Assembly: GCA_012103475.1 (NCBI GenBank)
Contig: WLWS01000003.1
Coordinates: 399,565-463,564 of the forward strand
Direction: 5' to 3'
Length of the DNA: 64,000 nucleotides
Source: Gammaproteobacteria bacterium
GTDB lineage: Bacteria; Pseudomonadota; Gammaproteobacteria; Eutrophobiales; Eutrophobiaceae
Shown one piece after another: positions 44,829-56,400 of the stretch (positions are counted from its first letter, which is position 1; each line of letters begins with the position of its first letter). The notes beneath the pieces are model-generated. The model did no database searches. It was not told the origin of the DNA and worked only from the letters and a program-made list of their open reading frames with translations. A program made the position numbers and the translations under genes.

Positions 44829-45169
44829 TCAAGGTAAGAACCAGCCTGGATTTTGTCCAGCAAATCCATGTCTTTTATCCATAAACAAAGTACAAGTTTC
44901 TCACCAACTGCCATGGAGTTGACAAATCCCTGTTGCTCTTTCGGTCTGCCTTTCAGTTCTTTCAGTTTTTTAACACCGGCGGATATACAGTCGATAATGT
45001 CTTTGTTCAAATTAATATCAGCGATATCAATTTGCTCTGCCTGCGAAACTATTTCCCTGTCAAAAAGAAAAGAGAGCTCATTAATAAGATTTTTATGGGC
45101 AAGAATCGACGCTTCCAGATCCGCATCGAAATCCTGCGCAGTATCGTCATCGTTTTTTTCGAGACTCAT
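44816..45169 (-). CDS. hypothetical acidic protein
   Basis: 117-aa ORF whose ATG overlaps the stop of the upstream TPR gene (ATGA at 45166-45169). No family recognised. Confidence 0.35.
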   Translation of the reverse strand: MSLEKNDDDTAQDFDADLEASILAHKNLINELSFLFDREIVSQAEQIDIADINLNKDIIDCISAGVKKLKELKGRPKEQQGFVNSMAVGEKLVLCLWIKDMDLLDKIQAGSYLDYSG

Positions 45170-46014
45170 TCTGGTCCGAGCAAATCTCTTTCTTCCAGAT
45201 ACACCGGGTATAGCGATAAATCTACTTCGCTGAGGAGACCTGAGTTATTGTCAGCAAACGAATGAGTCGAAGCCAAAGGTGAGGAAGACCTTGTTTCGGT
45301 TTTTTTCGGAGCAGGGCTGGTTTTTTTCTCGTCTACGGCAAGTTTCGCAGAGCGGCTGTACTCATCACTTATTCTGAATAACTCTGCTTCAAGCGAATCC
45401 GGATACTTGTTTTTCAGCAACATACTGTAGCTGGCAAGCTTATCCAGATCGTCGAACTTTCTTTCGATCCGTATTCCAAGCCAGAGTGTTTTCGGCGTAT
45501 GGCTGGCAACTTCCAGATAGCGGTTCAAATAGTCTCTTGCTACTGCTAATTCACCTCGCTCAAAAGTGATTTGAGCCATCTGACTTAAAGCGAGTGGCAT
45601 TTCTGGATTAACAGACAGACCTCGCTGAAAATACTTTTCGGCCACCTCCACATCTTCGTGTAAATACGCGCAAGAACCTGCATTGGTATAAGCCAGTTCT
45701 GGTGTTGCATAGAATGGATTGCCGGCAGCGGCCAGAAATGATTCTTCAGCTTCAATCCTGCGATCCTGCTTGCACAAAAACTGTCCGTAATTATTCAGGG
45801 CCGATGGGTCATCAGCTTCGAGTTTCAAAGATTGTTTAAAGTTTTTTTCTGCCAGCTCAGGATCTTCCAAAAGCTGATACAAGATACCGAGCATGTTGTA
45901 AGTGAGGGCGTACTTGGGATCCGCTTTAACAGCGCGGTTGAATTTGGCGAGAGCTTTTTCGTAGGCACCCTGACGCATGTATTCAACACCCAGATTTACA
46001 TTGGTAAATGCCAC
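45166..46014 (-). CDS. TPR-repeat protein resembling PilW/PilF, lacking the N-terminal lipoprotein signal; low-complexity C-terminal extension
   Basis: 282 aa with a GTG start. It aligns by eye to PilF from about its residue 40 (NLGVEYMRQGAYEKALAKFNRAVKADP..., NNYGQFLC, WLGIRIERKFDD, LLKNKYPDS). The upstream in-frame sequence is open only to the TAA at 46069-46071 and contains no signal peptide or start codon. Confidence 0.6.
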   Translation of the reverse strand: MAFTNVNLGVEYMRQGAYEKALAKFNRAVKADPKYALTYNMLGILYQLLEDPELAEKNFKQSLKLEADDPSALNNYGQFLCKQDRRIEAEESFLAAAGNPFYATPELAYTNAGSCAYLHEDVEVAEKYFQRGLSVNPEMPLALSQMAQITFERGELAVARDYLNRYLEVASHTPKTLWLGIRIERKFDDLDKLASYSMLLKNKYPDSLEAELFRISDEYSRSAKLAVDEKKTSPAPKKTETRSSSPLASTHSFADNNSGLLSEVDLSLYPVYLEERDLLGPE

Positions 46015-47227
46015 GCGACGGTTAACTGGTTCATCACACCTGGTGCAATCAACCCGGGCCGGGGCGCTTTACGGCCTCGGGATGGTGATCTTCATCATTT
46101 TCGCAATGGCAACAAAATACCCTTTCTATCGTTTCGCACCACAATATACGGCGGCCACAGGTCTTTCCCTGCTGGATCCATTCAAACGGGAAGGGAAAAT
46201 TATTTTTCTCTTATTCAGTTTGCTGACATTATTTTCTTCATTCGTAGCGGTTGCTGCACTCTCCAGCGGGACCGCAGGTATCTCTATTCATGTTCTGGGA
46301 CTAAACCGGAGTCCTATGCAGATTGCTATTGCTGTATTGACTATTAACGTATTTCTGTTGAGTCTCGGGCGATATTACTGGCTCGATATTGTAATGAAGT
46401 TACTGATTCTGGTGCTGTCGATATCAACCATTGCCGCAACACTTCTCGCGATTCCCCTTATGGACTGGAATCAATCACTAAGCCTGTTACCTGTAAAAAT
46501 CGATAAAACCAGCATTGTCTTCGCTGTGACATTGGTTGGCTGGATGCCGGCGCCACTGGAAGCCGCTGTTGGTTTATCTTTATGGACAAAGGCCAAGGCG
46601 GACGTCACCGGTTACAAACCGAAAGTCAACGAATCTGTTCTGGATTTTCATGTTGGTTATCTGGGAACTTTGTTTCTCGCTATTTGCTTTTTGTTTCTGG
46701 GAACAGCGCTGATGCGCGGCTCGGATATCGAAATGGCGAAAGGTGTCGCTGGATTCACCAGTCAATTGATTTCTGTTTATGAAACCACTCTTGGCGATTG
46801 GAGTGGGCCGTTTATACGAATTGCGGCAGTCGCAGTGATGTATTCGACACTACTCGCTGCCACTGATAGTTTTGGACGAACTTTGAGCCGAATTTTTATG
46901 AGTCTGTGGAAAAAGGAACAGCCATGGATTGTTGAATCCGATAAACAACACAGAATTTTATACATAACATGTGTAATCGGCCTTAGTGTCGGAGGCCTGT
47001 TTGTGTTTCAACTGTTCGCCTCATCGTTCAGAGTGTTATTGGGTATAGCCACCAGTGCGGCTTTTATCTCGGCGCCGCTGATCGCACTATTAGTGCATCG
47101 AGCTATGACGGTTGATGAGTTAAGCATAAGCGTGCGACCGAAAAGAGGCCTGAGGTTATACAGTCTTGCCTGTATTGCGCTTCTCTCAATTTTCGCGATT
47201 GGCTACATCGGCTTATTATTGTGGTAA
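45977..47227 (+). CDS. NRAMP-related (COG1914-like) membrane transporter, apparently 5'-truncated
   Basis: 416-aa ORF. The recognisable transporter sequence starts at about 46028 (GSSHLVQSTRAGALYGLGMVIFIIFAMATKYPFYRFAPQYTAATGLSLLD). The first 17 codons overlap the TPR gene on the other strand. Possible real starts are the GTG at 46043 or the ATG at 46082. Confidence 0.55.
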   Translation: MYSTPRFTLVNATRRLTGSSHLVQSTRAGALYGLGMVIFIIFAMATKYPFYRFAPQYTAATGLSLLDPFKREGKIIFLLFSLLTLFSSFVAVAALSSGTAGISIHVLGLNRSPMQIAIAVLTINVFLLSLGRYYWLDIVMKLLILVLSISTIAATLLAIPLMDWNQSLSLLPVKIDKTSIVFAVTLVGWMPAPLEAAVGLSLWTKAKADVTGYKPKVNESVLDFHVGYLGTLFLAICFLFLGTALMRGSDIEMAKGVAGFTSQLISVYETTLGDWSGPFIRIAAVAVMYSTLLAATDSFGRTLSRIFMSLWKKEQPWIVESDKQHRILYITCVIGLSVGGLFVFQLFASSFRVLLGIATSAAFISAPLIALLVHRAMTVDELSISVRPKRGLRLYSLACIALLSIFAIGYIGLLLW

Positions 47228-47232
47228 ATAAA

Positions 47233-47255
47233 TTCCCTTGATATTGGAAAGGGAA
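47233..47255 (+). terminator. weak stem-loop after the transporter stop (possible terminator)
   Basis: TTCCCTT (47233-47239), a 9-nt loop, then AAGGGAA (47249-47255), lying 6 nt after the stop at 47227. No following T-tract, so support is weak. Confidence 0.2.
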
Positions 47256-47481
47256 ACATAAATAAATTCATATACCTGGCGTGGAAAGGTAATTTTTCTG
47301 TTCGATTCCTACCTGAACTTGCTGATATTAAAAACAATTAACTTAAATAGCTCCATTTGTTAACTGCGTCTATGCAAATCTTTTCGAATTGAGTTATAAA
47401 GCTGCGTCTTTTCAATTGTTTAGCACCCAATTGGCACAATGAAAAACGATCTGTAAATAGTCGGTAAGAGGGCAAATTTAA

Positions 47482-50400
47482 GTGAAACGTGTTGTCTCCA
47501 GACGAAAGTCTCGCATTCTAAAAACTAAAAAGGCAGTCTTCGAACTCAGGCCGCTTGCCGCCTGTGTTCGTAATATTGCTTTTCCTCTTGGTCTCATGCT
47601 GGGTGCCAGTGCGGCTCTCGCTGCACCGGAAAACGGTCATGTTGTTGCCGGACAGGGGCATATTAGTAAACCTAACGCGACAACGACCGTCATTAATCAG
47701 CAGTCCCATCGCCTTGCTGTGGACTGGGGTAGTTTCAACATCAACAGCAATGAACTGGTGCAGTTTAATCAGCCCTCCACTCAGGCATCGGCTCTAAACC
47801 GAATTCTTGATCAAAATCCAACACAGATTTTCGGCTCACTACGCGCTAATGGTCAGGTCCTGCTGGTCAATCCTAATGGGGTCTATTTTTCACCTACAGC
47901 AAGTGTCTCAGTTGGCTCTTTGGTCGCCTCCGGCCTCAACATTAATAATGACGACTTCATGGCCGGTAATTACAAGTTCGATGTGCCGTTCGATGATGAA
48001 GGTGGAGTAATCGTTAATCAGGGTCTGTTACAAGCTTCTACCGGAGGCTCGGTCACTCTGATAGGCGGGGCCGTGAAAAATGAAGGTCTGATTCTGGCTA
48101 CAGCGGGCTCAGTAAATTTACTCGCTGGCAAATCGGTAACCGTCGATTTCGATGGCGATGGTTTACTTCAGTTTGCTGTTAGCGAAGAGGTGCTCGCCAA
48201 CGTACATAATCTGGATAGCGCTGTCAGCAATAGCGGAGAAATCTCAGCGCCTGGCGGTTCGGTCCTGATGCAAGCCAGCGCTGCCAAAGATGTTTTTAGC
48301 AATGTCGTAAATAATTCCGGCATTGTGAGAGCAGGACGAATAGAGAACAAGGGTGGTCAGATACGGCTTGTTGCAACAGGTTCTTCAAACTCATTGATTA
48401 ACACCGGCACTCTGGATGCCTCTGGCAGTGACGGTGATGGTGGCAGCATAAAGATTTACGCCGACGATACAACACTCGTTTCCGGTGACAGCGCCATCAC
48501 GGTTTCCAGTGATTCAGGTAAAGCCGGAGAGATTCAGATACTGGGCGATAAAGTCGGCCTGACGGATAACACCTATATTAATGTATCCGGTCGGGATGGT
48601 GGCGGTGTCGCACTGATAGGTGGTGATTATCAGGGTGCTAACCCGGATATTCTAAACGCGACACAAACTATCCTCACGACTAATGTTGAAATTAATGCCG
48701 ATGCGCTTGAAAGTGGTGATAGCGGTAAAGTCGTCGTCTGGTCTGACCGGCTAAGTACTTTTTCAGGCACGATTAGTTCACGTGGTGGCGCCGAAAGTGG
48801 CGATGGTGGTTTAGTCGAGGTATCCGGTAAAGAGCACTTAAGTTTTAGTGGTGATGTTAATACCTCAGCCGTAAACGGTGAGACGGGCACCCTCTTGCTC
48901 GACCCGAAAAATATTGTTATTCAAAATGGTGGCGCAGGCACCGCTGTGGCAACTGTCAATTTTGCCGATCCTGCTGATCCTGGTGGACTCGATTCAATAT
49001 TTGATGCCGACGATCTCGCTGCACTGGATACCAATATAATTTTACAGGCCAATAACGACATCACCTTTGATGAAGCACTTGTTTTGAGTGCGGATGATTT
49101 AACAGCCCAGGCAGGGCGGAGTATTTTGGTAAACCAGAATATTACGACAGGTGGTGGGAATGTCACACTGACTGCTAACGATGCCAGTGCCACAGCATCG
49201 GAGCGAGGACCAGGTGACGGGTCTATCATTATGGCCGACGGTACGACGATTGATGCCGGTGCCGGTAACGTTTTGCTTGAATCTACAAACAACAACAGTC
49301 TGGGTGGCGATATTAGTGTTGAAAATATTACCAGTAGTGGCAACGTTACTCTCACCTCGGGCAATTCGTCCATCATTGAAAGCTCCTCCGATCATTTAGT
49401 CAGTGGCAACCTTGTAACTTTGAACGGTGCCAGCACAGCCGGCGAATCAGTGGGTAGTGCAAGCAGTGCCATTAATACCAGTGCAACTTCTCTGGCGGGC
49501 ACCGCCGGAAGCGGTGGTTTCTACGTCGAGGAAACCAACGCTGTCACCGTTACTGGCGTGTCCGGAACCGGTGATGTTGAAATTACAGCGACGACTGGTG
49601 ATCTAAGTCTTGATGATCTGACTGCGGTAAGCAGCACCAGTGGTAATATTACGCTGATAGCCACTACAGGGAGTATTCTTGACTCGACACCGGGTGCAGA
49701 TAGTGGCAGGCAAATAAGCACCTCCGGTAAAGTAACACTTACTGCAAGCCTGGGTTCTATCGGTAGCACAGGTACTGGTGATATCGACATTGATAATTCG
49801 CCGGATCTGGTACTGAATGCCGGAGCCGATCTGGTTGTCAGAGCGACCGCTGACTTGAGTGATCTATCCGTAACGGCAACTGCCGGAAATAATGAACACT
49901 TTGTTGATGCGACTAATCTGCTGGCCACAATTACGGATGACGCGAACGATTTTACTTCACTGAGCCTCACCGATAATTCAGGTTTGAATTTTACTTTTAT
50001 CGCCGCAAACGCTGTCTCGGGTGATGGCGACATCAACGTTGATTTAATCGACGTCAGTGGTGGTACCGGGGATGTGTTACTGGCGACCGGCGGTGGACAG
50101 ATTGTTGATGCTACCGCAGCCAATCAGGTTCGCGATATCATCGTTGCCGATGGCTCGGTGATTGCCCTGATTGCAGAAAATGCAACGAATGGTTCAGTCG
50201 GTGCTGTCGCTGATGCGCTGGATCTTGAAACGCAACAACTGTCTGTCAGTTCCGCCAATGATATCGATATAGAAAATTTCAGTGACGATGCTGGGACCGG
50301 AAAAGATCTGACGGATCTCGAAATTAAGGCCACTGCCGGTAACCATACTCATAGCATTGTAACGACAGCCAATCGACTTATTACTATAGACGATGATGCC

Positions 50401-53400
50401 ACCGATTTTAATCAGTTGAGTGTTGAATCGACTGGTGGACCACCACCGGCGCTGAATTTTAATTTTACTGCAGCCAACAGTAGTGCTGGTGATGGTGATA
50501 TCGCCGTTGACCTGATTGAAAGCGAAGGTGGTAACGTAATTATTACCTCAACTGCAGGCGTCATTTCCGATTTGGACAGTGGTGATACGGATAGAGACAT
50601 TATCGCAGGCGCGGGTAGTGTTGCCCTGTTTGCTGCCAGTGCTAATGGTGATGTCGGAGTTGCCGGTCAGACTCTGGAAGTGGATACCGCGATTTTGACT
50701 ATCAATGCTGGTAATGATTTTGACGTTGCTGTAGTTGCTGATGATGCTGGCAGCGGTCGAGATTTAAGTGATCTGGCCATCACTGCTGTGTCTGCAACTA
50801 ACACACATAGTTTGAGTGCGCTGAATCTCACCAATACCATCACTGACAACGCCACTGATTTTACCGACCTGAATCTTAATGATAGCACTGGATTAAATTT
50901 CTCTTTCACAGCGGCCAACCCAACGGCGGCTGAAGGTGATATTGCGATAGGTCAGATTGATGTGACCAACGGTGCGGTCTTCGTTACCTCTACCGCAGGC
51001 GCAATAACAGATGTGTCAGCTGGCGATACCGTGCGCGATATTATCGCAGGTACGGGGTTGATTAATTTATCCGCAAGCAGTGTCAATGGTGATGTTGGCG
51101 CGGCCGGTCAGGCACTGGAACTGGATACAGCAAATCTGACCATTGACTCGGGTAAGGATATCACCGTCGACGTCGTTTCCGACGATAGCAGCACTGGCCG
51201 GGATTTATTAAGTCTGGATATTACTGCCGTAGCCGGTTTAAATGCTCATGCTTTGACAGCCGGTGGTGGTTTGACCGTCACAATTGCGGATGATGCAACG
51301 GACTTTACCGATATCAGCGCAACAGGTGATGCGCTCCTGAATTTCTCTTTCGAAGCAGCGAATACGGCCGCAGGAGAAGGTGACATTACACTTGGCAGTA
51401 TCAGTGTCGGGTCCGGAGAGGTTGTACTTGTCTCTGCCAGTAATGGCGACAGCGGTATTGCCAGCGCTGCGGGTGCCGGGACAGATATTGCCACTACCGG
51501 AAATATTTTTGTCACGGCCGGTGCAGGCAGTATCGGCGCTGCCGGAAACCTTCTGGAAGTGACGGCGAATAATACTTTTGACGGCACCGCAAATTCAGGC
51601 GCGATTCATATACAGAATAATACCAACATCGCACTCGACTTTATTGCAGAAACGGATCTGTCAGATACAGTTGCTACCGATGTTTTTGAATACACCGTAG
51701 CCGGACTGGGGACACTCCAATATCTTTCTACGGATGACCTTAGTATTACGGCAAGTGGGGCGGCTGGGAGTATCAGCACAACTGGCGCCACCATCGTTGC
51801 TAATAATCTGGCGCTTAATACGGCGACTGGCACTATCACTGCAAATACAGATGCGACGACCATTTCCGTTGCCGGTACCGGTGGTAATTCAGTCACCATT
51901 ACCAACACCGGTACCAATGGCGATACGACTTATGACGTAAGCACGGGTGGTGCTGGCAATATCGATCTGACTCAAGCAGATAACAACATGCTTATCGGCG
52001 CCTTATCCACAACAGCGGATGTGACTCTGGATTCCGATCAGGGCGGCATCGATGATGCCCAGGCGGATGACATTACCGACATCACCTCGCTCAATCTGAA
52101 TATGACCGCATTGCAGGGTATTGGTAGTAATGCTCAGCTGGACGTTGATGCGAACCTTTCTGCAATTAACAGCAATGGCGGCGATATTGATATCCTCGGT
52201 AGCGGTGCCGGAGCAACAATGGTTACGGGTCTGGTGGAGTCCGGCGGTGGCGATATTTCGATCAGCGATAATGACGGGATTACTGTGGATGCTGGTATTG
52301 AAAACACCACAGAAGTTGCCATTAACTCAGGCGGCGGCGATATCACGCTCGACGCCGATCTCGATGATAACGGCGGTGGGACGTTTACCATTGATGATCA
52401 AATTGATGCAGGTGCTGGAGACATTCTCATTACGGGAAGTGCTTACGATGTTCAGGATGACGCCGATCTGGAAACCTCAGGCGCTGGCGATGCCACATTG
52501 GAAGCCTCTGTTGCCGCATTGACTTATACACTGGGTGATGCCGCCACCGGTGGCAGCATTGATTTCAGCGATGCGCAAATGGACGCCTTGGTCGTGGCCG
52601 GAGTATTAACCATTGGTGATGCGAGTGCTGGTGCCATTGTGCTTGATCGGGCCACTTCTTTCGGTGCTAATAATCTGGAAATTATCACCGGCTCAACTAT
52701 TGACGATGCCCAGACCGGGAATGCTCTGACGACAACGGGTTCATTAACTCTGACGGCTAATGGTGAAGTTGGATCCAATGCGGGCTCGGGGGCAGACGGT
52801 TTAACTTTGGATGTGGGTTCACTGATAATCACCAGTACCGGCAATAATAATGTAACGATTACCGATTCAGGCGCAGGTGGTGACACTAACTATCAAATTG
52901 GCAGCGATGGAGGTGATGTAGTTGGTGATGTGACTATTACTCAGGCGACCAATGATATAACACTGGGTGCCGGCGCGAATGCCGGCATTAATGCAGTTGG
53001 TGATACGGTGACCTTAACCGTGTCAGCTGGATCGATTGTCGACAACAATGGCAGTAATCAGGACATCATCGCCGATTCCCTGAATATTACCGATGTGCTT
53101 AATATTGGCGATCTGGACGATACGAATAATGTCCTGGTAGCTGCAATTGATAGTATCGAAACCACTATTGCAACATTGACGAATGTGGTGCTGCGTTCAG
53201 GTGGTGAAGGTGCGATCGCGAATACCGGCGTTTTGGTGGTTACCGCTTTCGATCTGGCTGGCGCTGGTGCAAACGCGAGTTTATTGATTGAAGCGGATGA
53301 CACAATTAACGCGGGGACAGCAACCTTTGGCGGAATCAATTCCGGAGACGCGCTTGGTTTAGTAGCGTCTTCCAATAACCTTGAGATACCCGATGCGGCA

Positions 53401-56400
53401 CTGGATCTGGGTACGGGTAATTTGAGACTCAGCGCTGCTGCAGGTGATGTACGTGATAATACTGATAGTGATTTAAGTAATAACTTAATCAGTGTGAGCA
53501 ATTTGTCTATCTCTTCTGGCACAGCGGAAACTATCGACATCAGCGTGGATGATCTGGAAGCGCACATCAATGGTGCGAGTAACAGCCTGACCGTGACCGA
53601 GGCCGATGCTCTCGTTCTCAGCAATGTCGATACTTTTGATGGTGCCATCATGATCACTGCGATGGGGACGATAACGGCGACAGACGTTGAGTCGACAAAT
53701 AATTTCAATACCGCGACCAATGACATTACGCTCATTGCCAATACTAACGCAACGGATGATATTCTGGTCACCACGATTACCGCCAATGGTAACGCCGGTG
53801 TCATTCTGACAGCGATGGACGACATACTGGATAGCAATACCACCGATGCCAATATATTGAGCGCGGCGGATTTAACGGCAACAGCGACATCAGCGACGGC
53901 AGATACCGACGGCATCATTCTTGATACAGCTGTCACGACACTCGATGCCTCTGTTTTGACCAATGCCGGTGATATAACCATTGTTGATAGTGACGGCATC
54001 ACCCTGGGTGATGTCGATACCGCCAATGGCGCAATTAATGTAAGCGCCGCGGGTGCGCTTGTTGCCAGTGATGTCGTTTCGGTCGGTGGCAGTATCTCAC
54101 TCACCAGTACTGCTGCAGGTGATATCAGCATTGGTGCAATAAACTCGGCAACGACGGTTTCGATTGATGCTGCCAATGGCACCGGAAGCGGATCAATATT
54201 TGATGCCGACAATGATGCTGCCACTGACATCACCGCTGGAGGTTTAATCACTCTGGATGCGAGTGCGGATATAGGTAGTGCTCAGGCTGACGATGTTCTT
54301 GAACTGGCCGGTGGTTCGACAGTTGACGCCAGCTCGGATACATCGGGCGAAATCAAACTGGCCGGTATCGGTGGTGGTCTGAATTTACAGAACCTTGATA
54401 CAGCCGATGGAGAAATTGACGTCAGTGCGGCTGGCGCTATCGTTGCAACGAACATAGTTTCCGTCGGCGGAGAAATTTCTCTCACTAGCACCGCCGTCGG
54501 TGATGTAACTGTTGGTCTTATCAATTCTGCAGATACGGTCACAATTGATGCAGGCACAGGATCAATTAAGGATAGCGCTGATGATGCAATTGTAGATATC
54601 ACCGCGGTTAATTTAATTACTCTCGATGCAACTGGTGATATAGACGGTGGATTCACTGATGATAATCTCGATCTGGCAGCCGGTTCTACGGTCGATGTCA
54701 GTTCTACTACTGCCGGGGAAATTAAATTGGCAGGCATTGGTGGCGGCCTCAATTTACAGGATGTCGATACCGTCAATGGCCTGATAGAGGTTACCGCAGC
54801 CGGGGCAATTGCCGCCAGTGACGTAGTTTCAATCGGTGGAAGTGTAGTTATAAACAGCACAGCGTCTGGTGACATCAGCGTAGGCACAATAAATTCCGCG
54901 ACCACTGTGAATATTGACGCTAATAGTGGTTCGATTATTGATGCTGCCAATGATGCAGTCACAGATATTACCGCAGCTGGTCTGATTACTCTGGACGCCA
55001 GTGGTGACATTAATGGTGGCGCTGCTGACGATAACCTGGAACTGGCTGCTGGCTCGACCATTGATGCAAGTTCGACCGGCACCGGTGAAATTAAACTGGC
55101 CGGAATAGGTGGTGGTTTAACACTGCAGAATATTGATACCAATAATGGTGAGATAGAAGTGACCGCCGCGGGTGCCATTGTGGTTACCAATGTCAATGCC
55201 TCGGGTGGTGAAGTGTTGATTCATAGCACTGCAACAGGTGATATTACACTCGACGAAACAGGTGCCGGTGGTGGCGTTGTGACTGACGATAGCAGTACCA
55301 CTGCGGTTGTTATTATAAATGATGACGGCGACATTCTTGATGCGGATACCGCAACTCCCGATGATCTGGAAGCAGGTCAGAATCGTTATAACATCACAAC
55401 CGGTGCGGGCGGTACAGTAAACCTGCAAGCGAACGGGGCTGGCAGTAGTATTGGCGGCACAGTTCCGGATCATGATGATATTGATGTATCTAACGCGAGA
55501 AACATCGACTTCTCTGCCAGTGCGAATGTCTTGACTCAACTTGATCCTTCTGGCGCAACCGGACTCGACAGCGCTACTTTTACCCTGACGCCTGATGGTG
55601 TTGCCTCCGATTACAGTGTTCGCGTAGTTGGCGGAACCAATATTTCTTTTTCAGAATCAACAGACGGTCTGTTTAAGATTGATGACATCAGCAACAGTAA
55701 TAACTTACTGGATTTTTCCTTTACCACACTTGGCCCGATTGGCGGCGCGACAATCAGCGACATCGTTCTGGATAGCAGTGGCGGTACCGCAATACAGGCC
55801 ATTAATGGCGGCACAGTTACTCTGAATGCAAACGGGTCTATTGGTGATGCCAATGATGACACGATTGTCGACATAGACACTTCGGGTCTAATTACTTTTA
55901 TCGCTAACGATGAGATTCTCGGAGACACTCAGGGGGGTGGTTTTACTGATAATTTTATTGAGCTTTCTGCTGGAGCCATAATTAATGCCTCTTCCACTAC
56001 CAGTGGCGACATTATGCTCGATGGTGCAGGTGCGCTGACTTTACAGAATGTCGTAACAGCCGATGGTGCGATTGTGATCAATGCGGCAGGCGCGGTAGTG
56101 GTGACTAATGTAGATACCTCCAACACCGATATTGATGCGAATGATGTCTCTATCACGACCACGACTGGTGATATTGATATCACCGCTATCAATGCAGGAA
56201 CTTTGGGTGATGTTGTGCTCGATACAGATGCCGGTACAGTGGATGGCGTTGGCGGCGGTACACATATCAGTGCCGACGATCTGACTATCGATGCGACTAG
56301 CGGAATCGGTGCGGGTGTGACTCTGAATCTTGCGGGCGTCAATCAGCTCGACACCGATACCACTGCGGGTAATATCGATATCACCAATACAGCAACTGCT

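Noticed and set aside
45166-46014. Naming the TPR protein pilW
   Set aside because: The similarity to PilF/PilW is by eye only, the lipoprotein signal is missing, and the usual neighbours (rlmN, rodZ, ispG) are absent. It is therefore reported as PilW-like TPR without a gene symbol.
47432-47448. TGGCAC hexamer upstream of the giant ORF as a sigma-54 -24 element
   Set aside because: The required GC (TTGC) element at the -12 spacing is absent: the sequence continues AATGAAAAACG. A similar near-match at about 1483-1496 has the wrong GG-to-GC spacing.
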